Assembly (NCBI GenBank): GCA_964016885.1
Contig: OZ024744.1
Location: forward strand, 134,044,001 to 134,108,000
Direction: 5' to 3'
DNA from: Eledone cirrhosa
Taxonomy: Eukaryota
DNA length: 64,000 bases
Of the stretch, positions 51,160 through 61,250 are shown in pieces (the first letter of the stretch is position 1; every line of letters starts with the position of its first letter). Below the pieces are notes generated by a model, which was not told the DNA's origin, made no database searches, and saw only the letters and a list, made by a program, of their open reading frames with translations. The translations under genes were made by a program, and so were the position numbers.

Positions 51160-53390
51160 CGGGGTTAAGTTAAGTTGGGGTTAAGTTAAGTTGGGGTTAA
51201 TTTAAGTTGGGGTTAAGTTAAGTTGGGGTCAAGTTAAGTTGGGGTTAAGTTGGGGTTAAGTTAATTTGTGGTTAAGTTAAGTTGGGGTTAAGTTGGGGTT
51301 AAGTTAAGTTAGGTTTAAGTTAAGTTGGGGTTAAGTTAAGTTGGGGTTAAGTTAATTTGTGGTTAAGTTAAGTTGGGGTTAAGTTGGGGTTAAGTTAAGT
51401 TAGGTTTAAGTTAAGTTGGGGTCAAGTTAAGTTGGGGTTAAGTTGGGGTTAAGTTAAGTTAGGTTTAAGTTAAGTTGGGGTTAAGTTAAGTTGGGGTTAA
51501 GTTAGGTTGGGGTTAAGTTAAGTTGGGGTTAAGTTAATTTGAGGTTAAGTTAAGTTGGGGTTAAGTTAAGTTGGGGTTAAGTTAAGTTGGGGTTAAGTTA
51601 AGTCGGGGTTAAGTTAAGTTGGGGTTAAGTTAAGTTGGGGTTAATTTAAGTTGGGGTTAAGTTAAGTTGGGGTTAAGTTAAGTTGGGGTTAAATTAAGTT
51701 GGGGTTAAGTTAAGTTGGGGTTAAGTCAAGTTGGGATTAAGTTAAGTTGGGGATAAGTTAAGTGGGGGATAATTTAAGTTGGGGTTAAGTTAAGTTGGGT
51801 TTAAGTTAAGTTGGGGTTAAGTTAAGTTGGAGTTAAGTTAAGTTGGGGTTAAGTTAAGTTGGGGTTAAGTTAAGTTGGGGTTAAGTTAAGTTGGGGCTAA
51901 GTTAAGTTGGGGCTGAGTTAAGTTGGGGTTAAGTTAAGTTGGGCTTAATTTAAGTCATGGTTAAGTTAAGTTAGGGTTCAGTTAAGTTGGGGTTAAGTTA
52001 AGTTGGGGTTAAGTTAAGTTGGGGTTAAGTTAAGTCGGGGTTAAGTTAAGTTGGGGTTAAGTTAAGTTGGGGTTAAGTTAAGTCGGGGTTAAGTTAAGTT
52101 GGGGTTAAGTTAAGTTGGGGTTAATTTAAGTTGGGGTTAAGTTAAGTTGGGGTTAAGTTAAGTTGGGGTTAAGTTAAGATGGGGTTAATTTAAGTTGGGG
52201 TTAAGTTAAGTTGAGGTTAAGTTAAGTTGGGGTTAAATTAAGTTGGGGTTAAGTTAAGTTGGGGTTAAGTTAAGTCGGGGTTAAGTTAAGTTGGGGTCAA
52301 GTTAAGTTGGGGTTAATTTAAGTTGGGGTTAAGTTAAGTTGGGGTCAAGTTAAGTTGGGGTTAAGTTGGGGTTAAGTTAATTTGTGGTTAAGTTAAGTTG
52401 GGGTTAAGTTGGGGTTAAGTTAAGTTAGGTTTAAGTTAAGTTGGGGTTAAGTTAAGTTGGGGTTAAGTTAATTTGTGGTTAAGTTAAGTTGGGGTTAAGT
52501 TGGGGTTAAGTTAAGTTAGGTTTAAGTTAAGTTGGGGTCAAGTTAAGTTGGGGTTAAGTTGGGGTTAAGTTAAGTTAGGTTTAAGTTAAGTTGGGGTTAA
52601 GTTAAGTTGGGGTTAAGTTAAGTTGGGGTTAAGTTAAGTTGGGGTTAAGTTAATTTGAGGTTAAGTTAAGTTGGGGTTAAGTTAAGTTGGGGTTAAGTTA
52701 AGTTGGGGTTAAGTTAAGTCGGGGTTAAGTTAAGTTGGGGTTAAGTTAAGTTGGGGTTAATTTAAGTTGGGGTTAAGTTAAGTTGGGGTTAAGTTAAGTT
52801 GGGGTTAAATTAAGTTGGGGTTAAGTTAAGTTGGGGTTAAGTCAAGTTGGGGTTAAGTTAAGTTGGGGATAAGTTAAGTGGGGGATAATTTAAGTTGGGG
52901 TTAAGTTAAGTTGGGTTTAAGTTAAGTTGGGGTTAAGTTAAGTTGGGGTTAAGTTAAGTTGGGGTTAAGTTAAGTTGGGGTTAAGTTAAGTTGGGGTTAA
53001 GTTAAGTTGGGGCTAAGTTAAGTTGGGGCTGAGTTAAGTTGGGGTTAAGTTAAGTTGGGCTTAATTTAAGTCGGGGTTAAGTTAAGTTAGGGTTCAGTTA
53101 AGTTGGGGTTAAGTTAAGTTGGGGTTAAGTTAAGTTGGGGTTAAGTTAAGTCGGGGTTAAGTTAAGTTGGGGTTAAGTTAAGTTGGGGTTAAGTTAAGTC
53201 GGGGTTAAGTTAAGTTGGGGTTAAGTTAAGTTGGGGTTAATTTAAGTTGGGGTTAAGTTAAGTTGGGGTTAAGTTAAGTTGGGGTTAAGTTAAGATGGGG
53301 TTAATTTAAGTTGGGGTTAAGTTAAGTTGAGGTTAAGTTAAGTTGGGGTTAAATTAAGTTGGGGTTAAGTTAAGTTGGGGTTAAGTCAAG
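51160..53390 (+). repeat. Tandem duplication, period 1116 bp
   Basis: TTTGAGG 51541/52657 and AAGTGGGGGAT 51764/52880. 1116 = 67x16 + 4x11, and four 11-bp units are countable at 51240-51450. Confidence 0.85.
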
Positions 53391-54899
53391 TTGGGGTTAA
53401 GTTAAGTTGGGGATAAGTTAAGTTGGGGATAATTTAAGTTGGGTTTAAGTTAAGTTGGGGTTAAGTTAAGTTGGGGTTAAGTTAAGTTGGGGTTAAGTTA
53501 AGTTGGGGTTAATTTAAGTTGGGGCTAAGTTAAGTTGGGACTGAGTTAAGTTGGGGTTAAGTTAAGTTGGGGTTAAGTTAAGTTGGGGTTAAGTTAAGTT
53601 GGAGTTTATTTAAGTTGGGGTTAAGTTAAGTTGGGGTTCAGTTAAGTTGGGATTAAGTTAAGTTGGGGTTAAGATGGGGTTAAATTAATTTGGGGTTAAG
53701 TTAAGTTGGGGTTAATTTAAGTTGGGGTTAAGTTAAGTTGGGGTTAAGTTAAGTCGGGGTTAAGTTAAGTCGGGGTTAAGTTAAGTTAGGGTTCAGTTAA
53801 GTTGGGGTTAAGTTAAGTTGGGGTTGAGTTAAGTTGGGGTTGAGTTAAATTGGGGTTGAGTTAAGTTGGGGTTGAGTTAAGTTGGTGTTGAGTTAAGTTG
53901 GGGTTAAGTTAAGTTGGGGTTAAGTTAATTTGTGGTTAAGTTAAGTTGGGGTTAAGTTAAGTTGGGGTTAAGTTAAGTCGTGGTTAAGTTAAGTTGGGGT
54001 TGAGTTAAGTTGGGGTTAATTTAAGTTGGGGTTAAGTTAAGTTGGGGTTAAGTTAAGTTGGGGTTAAGTTAAGTTGGGGTTAAGTTAAGTTGGGGTTAAG
54101 TTAAGTTGAGGTTAAGTTAAGTTGGGGTTAAATTAAGTTGGGGTTAAGTTAAGTTGGAGTTAAGTTAAGTTGGGGTTAAGTTAAGTTGGGGATAAGTTAA
54201 GTTGGGGATAATTTAAGTTGGGGTTAAGTTAAGTTGGGTTTAAGTTAAGTTGGGGTTAAGTTAAGTTGGGGATAAGTTAAGTTGGAGTTAAGTTAAGTTG
54301 GGGTTAAGTTAAGTTGGGGTTAAGTTAAGTTGGGGCTAATTTAAGTTGGGGCTGAGTTAAGTTGGGGTTAAGTTAAGTTGGGGTTAAGTTAAGTTGGGGT
54401 TAATTTAAGTTGGGGTTTATTTAAGTTGGGGTTACGTTAAGTTGGTGTTAAGTTAAGTTGGGGTTAATTTAAGTTGGGGTTAATTAAGTTGGGGTTAAGT
54501 TAAGTTGGGGTTAAGTTAAGTTGGGGTTAAGTTAAGTTGGGGTTAAGTTAAGTTGGGGTTAAGTTAAGTTGGGGTTAAGTTAAGTTGAGGTTAAGTTAAG
54601 TTGGGGTTAAATTAAGTTGGGGTTAAGTTAAGTTGGGGTTAAGTTAAGTTGGGGTTAAGTTAAGTTGGGGATAAGTTAAGTTGGGGATAATTTAAGTTGG
54701 GGTTAAGTTAAGTTGGGGTTAAATTAAGTTGGGGTTAAATTAAGTTGGGGTTAAGTTAAGTTGGGGTTAAGTTAAGTTGGGGATAAGTTAAGTTGGGGAT
54801 AATTTAAGTTGGGGTTAAGTTAAGTTGGGTTTAAGTTAAGTTGGGGTTAAGTTAAGTTGGGGATAAGTTAAGTTGGGGTTAAGTTAAGTTGGGGTTAAG

Positions 54900-57800
54900 T
54901 TAAGTTGGGGTTAAATTAAGTTGGGGCTAAGTTAAGTTGGGGATAAGTTAAGTTGGGGTTAAGTTAAGTTGAGGTTAAGTTAAGTTGGGGTTAAATTAAG
55001 TTGGGGTTAAGTTAAGTTGGGGTTAAGTTAAGTTGGGGTTACGTTAAGTTGGGGATAAGTTAAGTTGGGGATAATTTAAGTTGGGGTTAAGTTAAGTTGG
55101 GGTTAAGTTAAGTTGGGGTTAAGTTAAGTTGGGGTTAAGTTAAGTCGGGGTTAAGTTAAGTTGGGGTTAAGTTAAGTTGGGGTTAATTTAAGTTGGGGTT
55201 AAGTTAAGTTGGGGCTGAGTTAAGTTGGGGTTAAGTTAAGTTGGGGTTAAGTTAAGTTGGGGTTAATTTAAGTTGGGGTTTATTTAAGTTGGGGTTACGT
55301 TAAGTTGGTGTTAAGTTAAGTTGGGGTTAATTTAAGTTGGGGTTAATTAAGTTGGGGTTAAGTTAAGTTGGGGTTAAGTTAAGTTGGGGTTAATTTAAGT
55401 TGGGGTTGAGTTAAGTTGGGGTTAAGTTAAGTTGAGGTTAAGTTAAGTTGGGGTTAAATTAAGTTGGGGTTCAGTTAAGTTGGGTATAAGTTAAGTTGGG
55501 GTTAAGTTAAGTTGGGGTTAAGTTAAGTTGGGGTTAAGTTAAGTTGGGGTTAAGTTAAGTTGGGGTTAATTTAAGTTGGGTTTTATTTAAGTTGGGGTTA
55601 CGTTAAGTTGGTGTTAAGTTAAGTTGGGGTTAATTTAAGTTGGGGTTAATTAAGTTGGGGTTAAGTTAAGTTGGGGTTAAGTTAAGTTGGGGTTAATTTA
55701 AGTTGGGGTTGAGTTAAGTTGGGGTTAAGTTAAGTTGGGGTTATATTAAGTTGGGGTTAAGTTAAGTTGGGGTTCAGTTAAGTTGGGTATAAGTTAAGTT
55801 GGGGTTAAGTTAAGTTGGGGTTAAGTTAAGTTGGGGTTAAGTTAAGTTGGTGTTAAGTTAAGTTGGGGCTAAGTTAAGTTGGGGCTGAGTTAAGTTGGGG
55901 CTGAGTTAAGTTGGGGTTAAGTTAAGTTGGGGTCAAGTTAAGTTGGGGTTAAGTTGGGGTTAAGTTAAGTTAGGTTTAAGTTAAGATGGGGTTAAGTTAA
56001 GTTGGGGTTAAGTTAAGTTGGGGTTAAGTTAAGTCGGGGTTAAGTTAAGTTGGGGTTAAGTTAAGTTGGGGTTAATTTAAGTTGGGGTTAAGTTAAGTTG
56101 GGGTTAAGTTGGGGTTAAGTTAATTTGTGGTTAAGTTAAGTTGGGGTTAAGTTGGGGTTAAGTTAAGTTAGGTTTAAGTTAAGTTGGGGTTAAGTTAAGT
56201 TGGGGTTAAGTTAATTTGTGGTTAAGTTAAGTTGGGGTTAAGTTGGGGTTAAGTTAAGTTAGGTTTAAGTTAAGTTGGGGTCAAGTTAAGTTGGGGTTAA
56301 GTTGGGGTTAAGTTAAGTTAGGTTTAAGTTAAGTTGGGGTTAAGTTAAGTTGGGGTTAAGTTGGGGTTAAGTTAAGTTGGGGTTAAGTTAATTTGTGGTT
56401 AAGTTAAGTTGGGGTTAAGTTAAGTTGGGGTTAAGTTAAGTTGGGGTAAAGTTAAGTCGGGGTTAAGTTAAGTTGGGGTTAAGTTAAGTTGGGGTTAATT
56501 TAAGTTGGGGTTAAGTTAAGTTGGGGTTAAGTTAAGTTGGGGTTAAATTAAGTTGGGGTTAAGTTAAGTTGGGGTTAAGTCAAGTTGGGGTTAAGTTAAG
56601 TTGGGGATAAGTTAAGTTGGGGATAATTTAAGTTGGGGTTAAGTTAAGTTGGGTTTAAGTTAAGTTGGGGTTAAGTTAAGTTGGGGTTAAGTTAAGTTGG
56701 GGTTAAGTTAAGTTGGGGTTAAGTTAAGTTGGGGCTAAGTTAAGTTGGGGCTGAGTTAAGTTGGGGTTAAGTTAAGTTGGGCTTAATTTAAGTCGGGGTT
56801 AAGTTAAGTAAGGGTTCAGTTAAGTTGGGGTTAAGTTAAGTTGTGGTTAAGTTAAGTTGGGGTTAAGTTAAGTCGGGGTTAAGTTAAGTTGGGGTTAAGT
56901 TAAGTTGGGGTTAATTTAAGTTGGGGTTAAGTTAAGTTGGGGTTAAGTTAAGTTGGGGTTAAGTTAAGATGGGGTTAATTTAAGTTGGGGTTAAGTTAAG
57001 TTGAGGTTAAGTTAAGTTGGGGTTAAATTAAGTTGGGGTTAAGTTAAGTTGGGGTTAAGTCAAGTTGGGGTTAAGTTAAGTTGGGGATAAGTTAAGTTGG
57101 GGATAATTTAAGTTGGGTTTAAGTTAAGTTGGGGTTAAGTTAAGTTGGGGTTAAGTTAAGTTGGGGTTAAGTTAAGTTGGGGTTAATTTAAGTTGGGGCT
57201 AAGTTAAGTTGGGACTGAGTTAAGTTGGGGTTAAGTTAAGTTGGGGTTAAGTTAAGTTGGGGTTAAGTTAAGTTGGAGTTTATTTAAGTTGGGGTTAAGT
57301 TAAGTTGGGGTTCAGTTAAGTTGGGGTTAAGTTAAGTTGGGGTTAAGATGGGGTTAAATTAAGTTGGGGTTAAGTTAAGTTGGGGTTAATTTAAGTTGGG
57401 GTTAAGTTAATTTGGGGTTAAGTTAAGTCGGGGTTAAGTTAAGTCGGGGTTAAGTTAAGTTAGGGTTCAGTTAAGTTGGGGTTAAGTTAAGTTGCGGTTG
57501 AGTTAAGTTGGGGTTGAGTTAAATTGGGGTTGAGTTAAGTTGGGGTTGAGTTAAGTTGGTGTTGAGTTAAGTTGGGGTTAAGTTAAGTTGGGGTTAAGTT
57601 AATTTGTGGTTAAGTTAAGTTGGGGTTAAGTTAAGTTGGGGTTAAGTTAAGTTGGGGTTAAGTTAAGTCGTGGTTAAGTTAAGTTGGGGTTGAGTTAAGT
57701 TGGGGTTAATTTAAGTTGGGGTTAAGTTAAGTTGGGGTTAAGTTAAGTTGGGGTTAAGTTAAGTTGGGGTTAAGTTAAGTTGGGGTTAATTTAAGTTGAG

Positions 57801-60800
57801 GTTAAGTTAAGTTGGGGTTAAATTAAGTTGGGGTTAAGTTAAGTTGGAGTTAAGTTAAGTTGGGGTTAAGTTAAGTTGGGGATAAGTTAAGTTGGGGATA
57901 ATTTAAGTTGGGGTTAAGTTAAGTTGGGGTTAAGTTAAGTTGGGGTTAATTTAAGTTGGGGGTAAGTTAAGTTGGGGTTAAGTTAAGTTGGGGTTAAGTT
58001 AAGTTGGGGTTAAATTAAGTTGGGGCTAAGTTAAGTTGGGGATAAGTTAAGTTGGGGTTAAGTTAAGTTGGAGTTAAGTTAAGTTGGGGTTAAGTTAAGT
58101 TGGGGATAAGTTAAGTTGGGGTAAGTTAAGTTGGGGTTAAGTTAAGTTGGGGTTAAGTTAAGTTGGGGTTAATTTAAGTTGGGGGTAAGTTAAGTTGGGG
58201 TTAAATTAAGTTGGGGTTAAGTTAAGTTGGGGTTAAATTAAGTTGGGGCTAAGTTAAGTTGGGGATAAGTTAAGTTGGGGTTAAGTTAAGTTGAGGTTAA
58301 GTTAAGTTGGGGTTAAATTAAGTTGGGGTTAAGTTAAGTTGGGGTTAAGTTAAGTTGGGGTTACGTTAAGTTGGGGATAAGTTAAGTTGGGGATAATTTA
58401 AGTTGGGGTTAAGTTAAGTTGGGGTTAAGTTAAGTTGGGGTTAAGTTAAGTTGGGGTTAAGTTAAGTCGGGGTTAAGTTAAGTTGGGGTTAAGTTAAGTT
58501 GGGGTTAATTTCAGTTGGGGTTAAGTTAAGTTGGGGCTGAGTTAAGTTGGGGTTAAGTTAAGTTGGGGTTAAGTTAAGTTGGGGTTAATTTAAGTTGGGG
58601 TTTATTTAAGTTGGGGTTACGTTAAGTTGGTGTTAAGTTAAGTTGGGGTTAATTTAAGTTGGGGTTAATTAAGTTGGGGTTAAGTTAAGTTGGGGTTAAG
58701 TTAAGTTGGGGTTAATTTAAGTTGGGGTTGAGTTAAGTTGGGGTTAAGTTAAGTTGAGGTTAAGTTAAGTTGGGGTTAAATTAAGTTGGGGTTCAGTTAA
58801 GTTGGGTATAAGTTAAGTTGGGGTTAAGTTAAGTTGGGGTTAAGTTAAGTTGGGGTTAAGTTAAGTTGGGGTTAAGTTAAGTTGGGGTTAATTTAAGTTG
58901 GGTTTTATTTAAGTTGGGGTTACGTTAAGTTGGTGTTAAGTTAAGTTGGGGTTAATTTAAGTTGGGGTTAATTAAGTTGGGGTTAAGTTAAGTTGGGGTT
59001 AAGTTAAGTTGGGGTTAATTTAAGTTGGGGTTGAGTTAAGTTGGGGTTAAGTTAAGTTGGGGTTATATTAAGTTGGGGTTAAGTTAAGTTGGGGTTCAGT
59101 TAAGTTGGGTATAAGTTAAGTTGGGGTTAAGTTAAGTTGGGGTTAAGTTAAGTTGGGGTTAAGTTAAGTTGGTGTTAAGTTAAGTTGGGGCTAAGTTAAG
59201 TTGGGGCTGAGTTAAGTTGGGGCTGAGTTAAGTTGGGGTTAAGTTAAGTTGGGGTCAAGTTAAGTTGGGGTTAAGTTGGGGTTAAGTTAAGTTAGGTTTA
59301 AGTTAAGATGGGGTTAAGTTAAGTTGGGGTTAAGTTAAGTTGGGGTTAAGTTAAGTCGGGGTTAAGTTAAGTTGGGGTTAAGTTAAGTTGGGGTTAATTT
59401 AAGTTGGGGTTAAGTTAAGTTGGGGTTAAGTTGGGGTTAAGTTAATTTGTGGTTAAGTTAAGTTGGGGTTAAGTTGGGGTTAAGTTAAGTTAGGTTTAAG
59501 TTAAGTTGGGGTTAAGTTAAGTTGGGGTTAAGTTAATTTGTGGTTAAGTTAAGTTGGGGTTAAGTTGGGGTTAAGTTAAGTTAGGTTTAAGTTAAGTTGG
59601 GGTCAAGTTAAGTTGGGGTTAAGTTGGGGTTAAGTTAAGTTAGGTTTAAGTTAAGTTGGGGTTAAGTTAAGTTGGGGTTAAGTTGGGGTTAAGTTAAGTT
59701 GGGGTTAAGTTAATTTGTGGTTAAGTTAAGTTGGGGTTAAGTTAAGTTGGGGTTAAGTTAAGTTGGGGTTAAGTTAAGTCGGGGTTAAGTTAAGTTGGGG
59801 TTAAGTTAAGTTGGGGTTAATTTAAGTTGGGGTTAAGTTAAGTTGGGGTTAAGTTAAGTTGGGGTTAAATTAAGTTGGGGTTAAGTTAAGTTGGGGTTAA
59901 GTCAAGTTGGGGTTAAGTTAAGTTGGGGATAAGTTAAGTTGGGGATAATTTAAGTTGGGGTTAAGTTAAGTTGGGTTTAAGTTAAGTTGGGGTTAAGTTA
60001 AGTTGGGGTTAAGTTAAGTTGGGGTTAAGTTAAGTTGGGGTTAAGTTAAGTTGGGGCTAAGTTAAGTTGGGGCTGAGTTAAGTTGGGGTTAAGTTAAGTT
60101 GGGCTTAATTTAAGTCGGGGTTAAGTTAAGTAAGGGTTCAGTTAAGTTGGGGTTAAGTTAAGTTGGGGTTAAGTTAAGTTGGGGTTAAGTTAAGTCGGGG
60201 TTAAGTTAAGTTGGGGTTAAGTTAAGTTGGGGTTAATTTAAGTTGGGGTTAAGTTAAGTTGGGGTTAAGTTAAGTTGGGGTTAAGTTAAGATGGGGTTAA
60301 TTTAAGTTGGGGTTAAGTTAAGTTGAGGTTAAGTTAAGTTGGGGTTAAATTAAGTTGGGGTTAAGTTAAGTTGGGGTTAAGTCAAGTTGGGGTTAAGTTA
60401 AGTTGGGGATAAGTTAAGTTGGGGATAATTTAAGTTGGGTTTAAGTTAAGTTGGGGTTAAGTTAAGTTGGGGTTAAGTTAAGTTGGGGTTAAGTTAAGTT
60501 GGGGTTAATTTAAGTTGGGGCTAAGTTAAGTTGGGACTGAGTTAAGTTGGGGTTAAGTTAAGTTGGGGTTAAGTTAAGTTGGGGTTAAGTTAAGTTGGAG
60601 TTTATTTAAGTTGGGGTTAAGTTAAGTTGGGGTTCAGTTAAGTTGGGGTTAAGTTAAGTTGGGGTTAAGATGGGGTTAAATTAAGTTGGGGTTAAGTTAA
60701 GTTGGGGTTAATTTAAGTTGGGGTTAAGTTAATTTGGGGTTAAGTTAAGTCGGGGTTAAGTTAAGTCGGGGTTAAGTTAAGTTAGGGTTCAGTTAAGTTG

Positions 60801-61250
60801 GGGTTAAGTTAAGTTGCGGTTGAGTTAAGTTGGGGTTGAGTTAAATTGGGGTTGAGTTAAGTTGGGGTTGAGTTAAGTTGGTGTTGAGTTAAGTTGGGGT
60901 TAAGTTAAGTTGGGGTTAAGTTAATTTGTGGTTAAGTTAAGTTGGGGTTAAGTTAAGTTGGGGTTAAGTTAAGTTGGGGTTAAGTTAAGTCGTGGTTAAG
61001 TTAAGTTGGGGTTGAGTTAAGTTGGGGTTAATTTAAGTTGGGGTTAAGTTAAGTTGGGGTTAAGTTAAGTTGGGGTTAAGTTAAGTTGGGGTTAAGTTAA
61101 GTTGGGGTTAATTTAAGTTGAGGTTAAGTTAAGTTGGGGTTAAATTAAGTTGGGGTTAAGTTAAGTTGGAGTTAAGTTAAGTTGGGGTTAAGTTAAGTTG
61201 GGGATAAGTTAAGTTGGGGATAATTTAAGTTGGGGTTAAGTTAAGTTGGG
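54900..61250 (+). repeat. Direct duplication of about 3.0 kb at offset 3322 bp (54900-57925 and 58222-61247); a third, partial related copy lies at about 61880-63650
   Basis: TTACGT 55295/58617 and 55598/58920, GTAAGGG 56810/60132, TTGCGG 57495/60817, TCGTGG 57669/60991 (all 3322). Third copy: 62259 and 62562 (offset 3642 from copy 2). Confidence 0.88.
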
